A program made the translations under genes and the position numbers. A stretch of DNA of 63,814 nt, the filler included, from Folioceros fuciformis (Eukaryota): NCBI GenBank assembly GCA_049999805.1. It is 13 parts of 13 records of this genome, joined end to end, with 100 filler letters (N's around TTAATTAATTAA, not from the genome) between each part and the next. Parts side by side here need not be neighbours in the genome. Positions count along the whole stretch, not along the records: positions 1 to 8,461 come from JBNGIO010002930.1; positions 8,562 to 12,707 come from JBNGIO010002931.1; 11 more parts are not named here. One strand, written 5' to 3'. Shown piece by piece: positions 1 to 11,439 of the stretch; positions within the stretch are counted from its first letter, which is position 1, and every line of letters begins with the position of its first letter. Under the pieces are notes generated by a model. The model saw only the letters and a list, made by a program, of their open reading frames with translations, ran no database searches and was not told where the DNA came from.

Positions 1-197
1 CTACGAGCCTGGATAATGTGTTGCCAAGCCACCTTAGGGCACCCAGTCGAACTATCCTCCGCGCGTTTCCACAAGAATGACGTCAACACCTGTTGCAACC
101 ATTTCACCTCCGTCTTGGAAGGGGCCCACAAGAACAAATAATACCATAGAGAGGCTGTGAGGAAAGGTTTACAATTCGAAAGGTTTACAATTATAGT

Positions 198-1416
198 GTT
201 CTTGTTCTACTTTGCCTTTGGCATGTGCGTCGTGCTTGGCTCCGTAATCTTATGAAGAAAGTCCAAAACAGGGTAGACAAGGAAGCCATATGGTAGAAAT
301 TAGGTGAACTCATGTACGTCAAGGGTTCCAGCACATCAATTCGAGATACAATTCGGGAGGGTGAGCAATTGCTATTTTCCTTCTATGCCAAGTGGGAGAA
401 ACGGCAACCCGCGTTCGTGGGCTATTTCAGAACAACCTGAGGTGCACAACTAGGTTAGTCCATATCTCCAGCCTCATATTCTCCCTTTTCAAGCTTGTGC
501 ACCTACACATCTTCACAAGGCCTGTCTTGATTGCAGGCATGTTCATAAAAAATGCACGCATGCTTCCACATGGAAGGCAAGATTGTGCCTCTACTATAGA
601 GGCATGGCATCGGTTTTTTAAGTAGAAACTTAGTCTTACGAGGGCATCTCTTGCTGACAGACGAGTAGACTGGCTGTTACATCAATTATGCTTTGTAGTT
701 GCGTCCCATTATTGGTATGTGAACCATTGCAAAGAAGGAGGGTATGTGGTTAACACAACCGAGGAGAAACTGGTGCACACTGCAATAGATGAAGCAACTC
801 TGATTGAGGATGATAATGTTACTTTGCCTTCCCCACCTTGTACCACAACTTTATGCAAGAGTTCCACAGATGCCCATGTGACATATACAATTGAGAATGT
901 TGATTCCATGTGGGCTACATGTGAGTGTGCTCAAGGGAGGAAAGGCTTTATTTATAAACACATCGTAAAAGTGCAAGATATGCTTGGAGTGCTCTCATAC
1001 ACACTCCAGATGAAACGTCAGTATACAGCAACGAATGGTCTGGTAATTCAGGAGCCTGTAACGACTCTTGCTTTATGTGATAATAGAGAACAGTTGATGG
1101 AAAGCGTTTCGTGCAACCTGCAACCCGCTGTGGAGGGTGTTTTATGTAATGAAAGCAGAATAGAAGATCAGATTCGCTTCCTGGAACAAGATTGCAATGC
1201 TATTGTGAATTTGATGCACAAGAATAAAGAAGTCGTGGGGGATGCAGCACTTTTGGTGAAACGTACACTCATGAATGTCCAACGTTTGATTGCATATGAG
1301 CAGGAAATGCTTGCAGCACGATAGCCTCTTCAAGCATTCACCACCAACGAGGGAGACAACAACATCGTTAGGACTAAGCCATTCTTCTCACCACCAAAGA
1401 AAAGAAGAAGAGAGTG
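198..1416 (+). pseudogene. MULE-transposase-derived SWIM zinc-finger pseudogene (At1g60560/At4g13970-like)
   Basis: Manual translation gives VLLCLWHVRRAWLRNL, IEAWHRFFK*KL, RRVDWLLHQL and a SWIM-like ATCECAQGRKGFIYKHI. GT-AG intron 454-536 restores QLGMF. Several in-frame stops. Confidence 0.75.
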
Positions 1417-3032
1417 ACTTGGAAGTTATCAGCAAACAAAGAAAACTAGCGTAGGTGTAGGTGCAATGTAGGTTCTAGTAATGTCTCCCTTCAGATGTTT
1501 TGACCAATGCTGCAATTAATTAAAAACTCAGTCTTGGTGATCGTCCTCTTCACTCGTCTTGGTGATCCTTCTCCACGTTTGCCTCAGTGCGTCCCAGCTG
1601 CGCATGCTTGAACGCTGTGCGTGCCGACGAGTTCGACTTTGTATCGTGCCAGAGTATCATTGCGATATTCAGGACGACGGGAACTTGAATTAGTTCCCCT
1701 CACCCCTGGTGGCCTGTCACGGGTTGGCACGGATACGAGAGAGAGGGGTAGGGGAGAGGAAGGCCATGCTCATGGCTTGGCCTGTCGGTTCGCCAGGTAG
1801 TACCCTGGCGAACCGATATTTAGGCCTAACCGCATCTGTTGGGCTTGGAATGTCCCACTCCTATGGGTTGCCCATGTTTCTTCATCTAGGGTCTTGCGTT
1901 TTCCTAGGGCACAAGGAAAATGCAAGACCCCAGACGCAAGGTAACGAACACATGTTTGGAGGCTTGTTTGCCCCGCAGCACAAGGTTGGACTTCATCTGC
2001 AGGAAGACAACAAAGGCAAATGGAGTCAGGTTCCAAAGACACTACGAAGGGTTGGAGTCCTTCCTAGACATCGTCCATGGCATGCCCACCAAATATTTCA
2101 GCAAGTCCACACAAAGCAAAAATACGCACGCATGAACTATGTGCACGAACGGTGCCGGTCCATCTCCACTGGTGCAGGGCAAAAAGTACTGTGGCACCAA
2201 GTCCGCTCGCCTCGGTGAACCAGGTGTCCTTGCAAAAACACCAGCCCACTGGTAGTGACTGCAAGCCTGGCCCATTTCACTACAAGCCTGGCCTATTTTC
2301 TATTTCTCGGGAATGATGTCAATAATGGTTCGTCATTATGCCATTGTAATAAACATGGTATATTTTCTAGTACCATAGTGTTTTTGTGCGGAACATCTAT
2401 GGAGCCCCAACACCATCTCACATCACTCAACTAACACAAGTTTCTGTTTCTGGACATATATGAGTTGAGATCATTTATAGTCATTGATCTTTCGGAGGGC
2501 TTGGGGGCATCTTAGGTATGCCCTGGCTTGAAGACCGTCAACCAAAAATTGACTAGGCAATTAAATGTGTTCATATTAAGTAAGAGGGTCAGAAGGTGGC
2601 GACTGATTCACCTCCTAACAAGGTTTGCGCCTGATGGGCTTATTCCACGGTTTTGAGCTTTTGGGAAAAAAAATAGTGTCCCTCCAAACTACGTGTCCAC
2701 ACATTGTCACTCTTGTAAACATATTGACGTAAAAAATGCAAGTTATGAAAAGGCACATGGTGATGTACCTTGGATTTCCAGCCGGTGTTCTATTGAGGTA
2801 CGAAAATGGTCACCAAAACAAATGAGAAAAATTTCACATATGCGGTTTGGATGGACGTTTTCACATCTAATCCCAAAGTAGCACTAAAATGTACTTACCA
2901 CTATTATTTATCAATAATCTGAGCTTTGTGTTTTTGGTTGTCTAACAGTTTTGATGATTCTTGGTTCAGTGTGGGAGTGCACCAGTAGATCGGTGCACTC
3001 ACCATGTGGTTTGAGAGTGCACCGGTAGACCG

Positions 3033-3118
3033 GCACACTCTGCATGTGGCTTGAGAGTGCACACTCTGCATGTGGCTTGAGAGTGCACACTCTGCATGTG
3101 GCTTGACCGGCACACTCT
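3033..3118. repeat. 26-bp tandem repeat, about 3 copies
   Basis: Unit GCACACTCTGCATGTGGCTTGAGAGT starts at 3033, 3059 and 3085; degenerate copies upstream near 2975-3030. Confidence 0.9.
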
Positions 3119-3174
3119 AACGTGCACTGTTTGATATATGGGGTTATGCAATTGATGTTGTTTGTGTTTTTAAG

Positions 3175-3749
3175 AAACTAGGAGACATTGTCGACCATGA
3201 ATTGTTGCCTAAGCCATTCCAAGATTTTGTGTAATTTGCCCATAACTGGAAACGGATGGAAGAAGAAAGACAGAAGCTTGCGAGTGCAAATCTAGATGTT
3301 GGCCTATGCAAATTTAGAGTTCCGAATTCAAATAAGAAGGTGAAGTATCAGGTAATCCAGCAGAATGCATTGGAAATGAAAGCGAAACTGGCTAAGCGTC
3401 CATACACAATGCTTGTTGCGGACTTGCTAGAGGTCTTTAGAAACATGAGTATGACCGACAACTATTAGACGAAGAGTTGGAGGAAGTATTAAGCAACTTC
3501 AGCGAATGCACCAGTAGTAGTGTTTATAGGATTGTGTTCATGCATGGAGTTGATGGAATAACGCAAGCGTGGGAGGCATTGCGTCCATGGTGCAAGAAGG
3601 GCACAATTCAAACATTGATATGGGAGAAGACTAACATTCCTCCAAATGCAGGTGTTGTAGATACGGTAGAATATCTAATAGTGGGTAGTGCAGTGAAAAT
3701 GGAAACTCTATGGTTAAGGCTCATCTCTTTGCTAAACAAGGTTTCTCTT
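3175..3749 (+). pseudogene. Putative beta-class amino (N6A/N4C) DNA methyltransferase N-terminal fragment, truncated by a copia LTR
   Basis: YQVIQQNALEMKAKLAKRPYTMLVADLLE has the spacing of the consensus KIIxGDCLExLKKLPDESVDLIVTDPPY. Followed by TIQTLIWEKTN (IIWxK) and VEYLIVGS (HEYILV). Stops and one frameshift near 3470. Catalytic motif is degenerate and motif I is absent. Confidence 0.5.
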
Positions 3750-3957
3750 TGACAAAAATATACCTTTAGTTAGGTATGTAACCTAGACGTACAACTAGAG
3801 TTATTTAGGATTATTAAACAAATATTTTATATATGACTCGTGTTTTTTTAGTTAGTTGAACATTACTATTCAAGTCTTCTCATTTTTAGCTCTCGCTCTC
3901 CACGCTTCATGATGTCAAGCTGCCTTGACTACAAACCAGCGTTTCTTATTCTTGTTA
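3750..3957 (+). repeat. Copia 5' LTR (208 bp)
   Basis: Starts TGACAAAAATA and ends TATTCTTGTTA (9/11 inverted match; CA decayed to TA), directly before the PBS. Confidence 0.75.
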
Positions 3958-3969
3958 TGGTATCAGAGC
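3958..3969 (+). promoter_or_regulatory. Primer-binding site, tRNA-iMet
   Basis: TGGTATCAGAGC. Confidence 0.95.
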
Positions 3970-4014
3970 GTGGCTCGCTGGTAATTATGTTCTAGGAGAC
4001 ATGTTCTAGAAGAG

Positions 4015-4527
4015 ATGCCGAGGAACAGGTCCAACAACGGATCTGGAGGTAGAGGAGGTTTTGTGAAATCCTTCTCTTGGCCTTCCCACAGATCATCTGT
4101 TCGCTCGCGTACCCCCTGGCCTGGTGCTGCTTTTCAACCTGAATGAGACCACTCTCATTCAGAAAGATGCTTTTCTTATGGATGTCACAAGAAATTCTCT
4201 ACGGCATCCCATACGACTGTTGTAATACCTTGTCAAACTTGCGGGCGCCTATACAGACCTAGTCAATCTTCTGTGAGGAGATTCCCTTCAGCACCTAATC
4301 CCTGCACAAGGAGCACTTTTTCCCCATCGACCTCAATTGGAATGTTGGAAGGATTATTAAATGAAGCAGTTCAGCGACAAGGATTTTTCGAAAAGCGGCT
4401 AGACTCAACAGATCTCAAGATTCACAGATTTCTTGTCAGATTTTCATCTGAAATCATGAAATTGACTCAGCAACTTCAGATCTTTAATGACATATTGCGT
4501 TCCTCTGCTAAGGAGCACCTCGATTAA
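4015..4527 (+). pseudogene. Extra 5' ORF (ORF0) of copia, 170 codons, one internal TGA
   Basis: MPRNRS...SWP...CFSYGC...CQTC...coiled-coil-like C-terminus; same frame as ORF 4273..4527; lies between PBS and gag. Confidence 0.65.
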
Positions 4528-4985
4528 CTTTCCTGTTTTTCAGTTGCTCTAGGGATGGTGAATGATCGTGGTGACTTCCCCAGGTGCTGGAATCTCTATG
4601 TCCCCTCACATCTCCTGCTTCGGCTGGCCTAGCACCAACGGTTAATAACCGTTTCCACTGAACTCGCCAGTGCCCTAGAAAAGATGTTAGTATGCTAGTT
4701 TTCTCTTTTCAAAACAACCTGCTAACAAGTCACGAAACCCTAACCGCTTACATGTCAGATGGTCAAGGACATCCCAGATGTCAACAGGGGACTATTTCTT
4801 TAACTTCCGTGCGACTCCTCATCTACGTCATAGATTAGACACTGAATATGATGATCTAAGTACCCCTACACCTAGTACCATCAGTCCTACTCGTGCTCAT
4901 TCACCAATTCCACCTGTTTCCTCCTCCTGTGCCACCTCCTCCAAACCCACCTTTGTCATCAATACCACCCGTTTCCCCTTCCAAC

Positions 4986-7664
4986 ATGGCTGCTGCTTCA
5001 ACACCAACCTTCACAGCAGAGCTGAAAGAAAAAGACACGTTTAATGGGAACCGGTATGAAGTATGGCGTGTTCGGATGAGGTCCAATCTTCGTGCAAGAG
5101 GACTATGGTCAGTAGTAGATGGCTCGTCCCCATAGCCTATACTACCTGTTACTAGAGCTGCTGCTCTAGTTGGAGGAAATTCAGTGACACAAGACGATGT
5201 GGACAAGTGGAACAATCTTAATAGCATTGCTGTTGCTATTTTAATCTCTAGACTTGATGAATGCCTAATCCCTGACGTAGAGTACCTGACCAAGGCCCAT
5301 GAAATATGGAGTCAGCTTGAGAACACATATGCCGTCAAAACTATGTTGACCTTATGTGCTGCAAAGCAAGAATCCTATGCTCTAAGGATGCGGGAAGGAG
5401 AAAGTGTGGCTGCCCACACAAGCAAATTTTGTCACCTTCACTCGCGCCTTATCCAGCTGAACTCCACTATGACTGAAGAGGATGCAGTTGCCCAACTATT
5501 GCTCAGCTTGCCTGCCTCGTATCAGACATTTGTATCACTCCAGAATGGACCCCTTGCTACAACACGTCAGAGTAGATTAGCAAGAAATCAAGTTAATCTA
5601 AGTCTGGAGAGCGTTATAGCTGCACTTTACCAGGAGGAGCAGAGCCGACTTCGATTTCATTCCAGTGGCTCTGGAAAGACCCGAACAGATCGAGTTCTGT
5701 ACACCTCACGTCAGCGTGGAGGTTTTGGGAGAGGACGTGGCAGAGGAGGAAAGTTCACATCTTCTGAACGACAACAACAACAAACCTCTATTGCTGGTCC
5801 TTCTTCTTCTGCAAGGAAACCCGGCAATTGCAACTGGTGTCACACCCCTGGGCATTGGGAGCGGGACTGCCGCAAAAAGAAGGCTGGAGAGTCTCGTCGA
5901 CCCAAGCCAGAGGTTAACTTTGTGAGCAAAGAGAAATCCCCAATCGAAGGAGGCAAAGCAGTTGTCAAGATTTTCACTATCTGTCTATCCTCATCTTCAA
6001 GTGATCTTGGAAGCTAGTATCTTAACTCTGGCGCTACTGCGCATATCTGCAAAGATAAACGCCTACTCAGCAACTACAAGCATATCTACAACTCTAATCA
6101 GACTGTTCTGCTTGGGGATGAACAGAAATCGACAAGTTTGGCGATCAAAGGTCACGGTACATGCCGTTTTTTAATGACTGACAATTCAGTTCTGCATGTT
6201 CTAGGGATTCTTCATGTACCAAGTATGGCGAAGAATCTCCTCTTCGTTAGGTTGCTCGCCATTCACCACAACTTGGAGTTTCGTTTTTTCGGCACCACTT
6301 GCGAAGTATTCAGGAACTTAGAACTTTTTAAGGATCTTTTAGAGCTTGCCTCCCCCACTCGACCTGGTGTCAATGTTGATCCCGATTTCTCTGACAATGA
6401 TAATGTCCCTCTTGATACCTCTGACTTTGATCCTAATCCTGCTCAGTTTCCACAAGGGGATTCCACTGGTGCTCCACTCATCCCAGTTCCTGCACAACCT
6501 GTTGGTCTTGACCCTAATTTGGACCCCAATTTTGTCATGGTCCCTGACCCTGTCCATCCTGATCTCAACCCACCTCTTGATGCACTCCTCCAGCCTCTTG
6601 AGCATCCCCCTGACTTACCAGCTCAAGAGGAGGTCCCTACTGCTCCACCTACTGTCGTTGATCCTTCCATGGCTACCCCTAGACGCTATCCCCTCCGAAC
6701 AAGGCTTCCTCCTTCTCAGTGGGCTGAACTTCCTTATTCCTCCGTCGATTTTCGCCCCTCCGTCAATGCTGCCACTTCAGCTAGGAGTTCCCCCCTTTTA
6801 CTTGACCTCGCTTCTATGGATGAAGCCTATTCTGGCCCAGATGCTGACCATTGGCAAGCTGCAGTAGAGGAGGAATACCAGTCTATCCTTAAAAATAAGA
6901 CCTGGATACTTACAGACTTGCCACCTGGTCGGAAAGCCGTGACGTGTAAATGGGTCTTTAAGACCAAGTTGAATGCTGAAGGTGACATAGCCAGATACAA
7001 GGCCCGTCTTTGTGCTTGTGGCTTTACTCAGGTCCTTGGTTTGGACTACCATGAGACCTTCTCACCTGTTGTCAGAGCACAATCAGTTACGATATTGCTT
7101 GCTGCTGCTGCTGAGATGAACCTAGAATTACACCAAATGGACGTATGTACAACATTCTTGCATGGCGAAATAGAAGAAGAAATATATATGGAACAGCCCC
7201 AAGGTTATGTGGACAAACGGTTTCCAAATAAGGTTCTAAAACTGCTAAGGGCCCTGTATGGCCTCAAGCAGAGCGCTATGCTATGGAATAAGAAGCTGAA
7301 CGAGGAGCTCAATGCATTAGGTTTTGTACAGAATGCTGCAGACTCATCTGTTTATTATTTGGTCGATGACGCAACCTTCTGTATCCTCGCTGTCTATGTT
7401 GATGATTGCATGTTTGCATGCTCCAACATTAGCCTGCTCAACAAAATCAAAAATCTCCTGAGTAGTAAGTTTGAAATGAAGGATGTGGGAGCTCTTAAAT
7501 TCTGCCTTGGTGTTCAAGTACTGAGGAATAGAGAGCAAGGACTCATCGTTATTCACCAAAAGAAGTATCTCACAGAAATCCTGAAGCGTTTTGAGTGGGA
7601 CCAGGCTCGACCAGTTTCCACTTCAAGCTCTGTGGGAGTTAAGCTTACCTCTGACCAGTGCGCC
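4986..7664 (+). pseudogene. Copia gag-pol pseudogene
   Basis: ORFs 4893..5135, 5184..6017 and 6138..7772 are in one frame separated by TAG stops; gag, CCHC, PR and RT motifs present. Confidence 0.93.
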
Positions 7665-8461
7665 TGTGGACTCCACATGCTGAACAGACCCCTGGGAAAG
7701 GATAGGTTTTCTTTTTCTTTTTTTGGATCTGTGAGTGAGTGTTGTAGAGGAAAGGTTGGGAGATTAGGCTAGAATAGTAGCTAGATTTATGATGAGTCGA
7801 TAGAGTAGGTAGGTTGTGTGGTAGATAGGGCACGGGCTCTGGTTCCTCGGGGTAAGGTAATGGGGGAACAGAACGGGCGGCTGGTTGGGCAGATCCTGGT
7901 AGGTAGGCCTGGCCAGATCGCCATGCGGCCGCTGGCTGGCTGCAGCTAGAGGTGGTCAGGCAGGCAGCCCGAGGTGGCGCTGGATCCAGGCCAGACGGGC
8001 CTTGGGCTGATCCAAGCGGTAATGGATGGCAGCGGGTGCTGAGGGGCAGGTCGCCCGGCAGGCGATCCAAGCGGGTTTGGCCGGAACGCTAGACAACCCA
8101 GCCCAACCCATTTGAATGGGTAGCACAAGCAAGCCAGGGGCCCCTAGCTGCTGAGGAACCTGACCAGCAGCCAGGTCGGCCAGCTGCATGCAAGCCGCAG
8201 CCAGGGCCGGTCGGGCTAGCAACAGGGTCAGGGAACTAGGAGTCGGACCGACCACAGGAGTGGGCCGGGACGAAGGTAGGCAGGCCAGCAAGCCGGCTGC
8301 CTGAGTGGATCAGGCATGGCGGTTGGTCAAGTTGGGCTGATAGCAGGAAGGCGCCTGGCTTGCAAGGAGCTGGCCGGGGTGGGCTTGAGTCGGGTAGTTG
8401 ATGGCTGCAACGCGGGGAGCTGATTGGGAGGACTCGGGGGTGAAGTGCCTGGCTGTAGGAG
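7665..8461 (+). repeat. Gypsy LTR family B (5' end), inserted into copia RT; runs to contig end
   Basis: Starts TGTGGACTCCACATGCTGAACAGACCCCTGGG. The first ~120 bp match the reverse complement of ~15140-15261, which directly follows a gypsy PPT. Confidence 0.8.
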
Positions 8462-8561
8462 NNNNNNNNNNNNNNNNNNNNNNNNNNNNNNNNNNNNNNN
8501 NNNNNTTAATTAATTAANNNNNNNNNNNNNNNNNNNNNNNNNNNNNNNNNNNNNNNNNNNN
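8462..8561. other. Artificial contig-joining linker (first of 12)
   Basis: N44-TTAATTAATTAA-N44 puts stops in all six frames. Identical linkers at 8462, 12708, 16431, 21104, 25388, 30492, 37240, 43111, 46511, 50970, 54177 and 59848, each 100 bp. Confidence 0.98.
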
Positions 8562-8562
8562 G

Positions 8563-9132
8563 TGGATTCTTCAAACACAAGATCAGCCTAAGCGTACTCT
8601 TGTTGTGAGGGAGTCATATAATAATCTTCTTGATGCTATCTTCCCTCAACAACGTCATATGTCGCTTGCTCAACCACCCAGGAATCCTACTTATCTTCCA
8701 TTTGTTGGAAACGGTGACCCTAGAGGTTTTTTGACCACACACACATCACCACATATAAGTATGTCACAATTAAATGCTAGGATAGAAACAAATCAACATC
8801 ATGTTGATGAGCGATTTCAGAGCATCTATCACAAACTTGCTGCAATCAGTGTTGACATGCAAGAATTAAAGGAATAAATAGGACATTTGGACTTTAAGTT
8901 GCTAACCTTATTGAAACCTGCTTTGCTTGCAAATCCTGCTCTTAGAGGCATCGCACGCAAGTATGCAAATAAGAAATACAACTTACACACCTTTGATGCA
9001 CCAAATTCTTGTCCTTCTTGCTCTACCTATGCATTTAACAGATGGGAGATTAGAATTCAAAGGATAGCACATGTAGTTGCAAACCTATCTGCCATTTTAC
9101 CTATGGTAGATCACTTTGCAAACCCTTTGTAG
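8563..9132 (+). pseudogene. Extra 5' ORF (ORF0) of copia, at least 189 codons, one internal TAA, 5' truncated by contig end
   Basis: ORFs 8605..8877 and 8887..9132 are in the same frame; coiled-coil-like segment then SCPSC; ends 160 bp before gag. Confidence 0.6.
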
Positions 9133-9291
9133 ATAGAGCTGCTCCTGTAGCCTATCTAAGATGCAACAGTAGCATCTTTATGCTCCCCTCCTTTCTCTAT
9201 CATAAGGATTGTGTACCTTATCATGATAGGCCACAGATCTGCACATAGCCAACATCCTAACTGTTAGGATAGGATTTCCAGAATCCTAAAA

Positions 9292-11439
9292 ATGGCTGAC
9301 ACCACTAATCTTAGTGGTGATGGGTTTAAAGAGAAAGACCGGTTTGGGGGGACAGACTATGACATTTGGGTCATGCGTATGCGTGAAGCCCTGCAAAATA
9401 AAAGACTATGGAAGATAGCCACAAGAGAAGAAATACTCCCTGGTTCTTCTTCCCCTAAAGCTACTCCTTCTTTTGCTGAAACGAGATACCAAGAGTCTTG
9501 GTACATTAAGGATGAAGCTGCAATGTATTTAATAAGAAGTGGACTAAACTCTAACATGCTTAGATAGACTTCTGGATGCAAAACATCTGTTGAGATTTGG
9601 TCCAGACTACAAGATCTATATGCAGGTGTAAATACTACAAGTCAGATGACTGCCCTTCAAAATATTCAAAATTGCAGAATGATAGAGGGGGAGACAATTG
9701 AAAAACATATTGGGCACTTTAGGACACTTGTTTCTAAATTAAAAAGTGCTTCTCAGGAAATCCTCAATGATGAGATACTTACCTTGTATTTCATGATGTC
9801 TCTTCTTGGCTTCTGGTCACATTTTGTGACCTCATACAATGCCTCTCAACTTCAAGCTGCTTAGATTGCTAAGGCTGCAAATGTCACTATACCACAAACA
9901 ACATTTTCAGAGATAGTGGGAGCTCTTCTTTAAGAAGAAGCAACAAGAGGAAAGAATAAGCGTGTTGGCAAGCAGCACGCTCTTTACATCACAAACAAAA
10001 ACAAAGGTGCAAGGCCTAACTTTAAAGGTAAACATAATACCTTTCAAGATGCTGGCAGCTCACGGCGAGCTACAACACATAACAAACCCAAAAGGACTCG
10101 AAAACGCAATTGGTGCCAACTTCTAGGACATTGGGAAAATGAGTGTCGGAAGAAGTAGGCCGGAGTACCTCGCAAGGAGGACAATTCCACTTCTGAGACA
10201 TGTGTTGTGGTGAAAAAGCAAGCCTCACCTTCAGCCCCTAACAGTAGGGATAAGGAAGTTTGCAATTCCTCTTGCTAACCCCACCTGTTTGTCTGCAAAT
10301 ATACAAGGTAGACCAAATAATGAATGATACCTTAATACCGGTGCAACATTGCACATATGCTTTGATAGAAATGCTTTTGTCACATACAAACTAGAAGACA
10401 ATCAATTTGTCTACCTTGGTGATGATAGATCACTTGTGTCTCTAGTAGTTCCCTCTGGAATTACACTCACACTGAGAGATGTATATTATGTCCCTGAAAT
10501 GACTAAGAATCTCATCTCTGTTAAGAAAGTAAACTTGGATAATAATACTCACATCCTGTTTACCCCTACAGAGTGCAGGATCATTGATGCCTTTGATCCT
10601 CGCAAGATTCTAGCTTTTGGCTCATCTAAACATGATCTATTTCGCCTGCACACATGCAGTCACACAGCTAAGACACACTTAGCTTCCAACTTTTCATAAG
10701 CAACTAACAAGCTAGAAGAAAAGGCTAAGTTATGGCACGCTCGCCGAGGTCACCCTCATCTGACAATGGTGGAGAATTCACATCCAATGAATTTCAGTCC
10801 TATTGTGTCGCTGAGGGAATAGGTAGACAACTTACAGTTGTTTATTCACCACAGCAGAATGGTGTTTCTGAGCGCTTGAATCAGACTTTGCAGGAAATGG
10901 TTTCCTCTATGTTACATCAAGCCTCCCTGCCACTCCCCTATTGGGTTGAGGCCCTTATGACAACTGTGTACTTGTGCAACAGGCTGCCTACCACTGCCAT
11001 TGTGAGGCAAACCCCCCATGAAGCCTTCTTTGGGAGAAAACCAGCTATCTTGCATCTTCGCACCTTTGGTTGCCTTGCTTATGCTTTTGTTCCTAAAGCA
11101 AAGTGCACCAAGTTAGCTACTAAAGCCAAGAAATATCTCATGATAGGTTATACTTAAGGTATTAAGGCATATAAATTATATGATGTACCTTAGAATCTGG
11201 TGGCTTATGCCCGTAGCGTGACTTTCGATGAAACTCGTTTTTGGCAGCCAGTGGGAGCACTTCCCACCTCCCCAGAGGGTTTTGATTTGTCTGCTCTTTT
11301 TTACATCATAGTTTTTCCTGACCTTCCACATTAGGAGTTTGCTCCTGCAAGAGGGGAAGATAATCAGCAAAATGATGGACAAGTCGTAGAGCAGGCAAAT
11401 GAATTAGTAGTACCTGATCTTGTTGCTGATATACAGGAT
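9292..11439 (+). pseudogene. Copia gag-PR-integrase pseudogene with internal deletion
   Basis: FKEKDRFGG gag start, decayed CCHC knuckle, LWHARRGHP fused directly to SDNGGEF, then PQQNGVSER. Interrupted by LTR family A. Confidence 0.9.

Larger units (their letters stand above)
3750..7664 (+). mobile_element. Ty1/copia element (5' LTR-PBS-ORF0-gag-PR-[integrase deleted]-RT), interrupted at 7665
   Basis: LTR, Met PBS, gag CCHC knuckle CNWCHTPGHWERDC, protease *YLNSGAT, RT motifs YKARL, LYGLKQS and YVDD. Protease region joins the post-integrase linker near 6320. Confidence 0.92.

Noticed and set aside
2278-2298. CACTACAAG as a CACTA transposon terminus
   Set aside because: It is one unit of a 21-bp tandem duplication; no matching opposite end or transposase was found.
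5133-5135. In-frame stops as programmed readthrough or U-to-C editing sites
   Set aside because: Stops are mostly at different positions in different copies and co-occur with frameshifts; plant U-to-C editing is organellar.
8506-8517. TTAATTAATTAA as a biological motif
   Set aside because: Synthetic six-frame stop linker.
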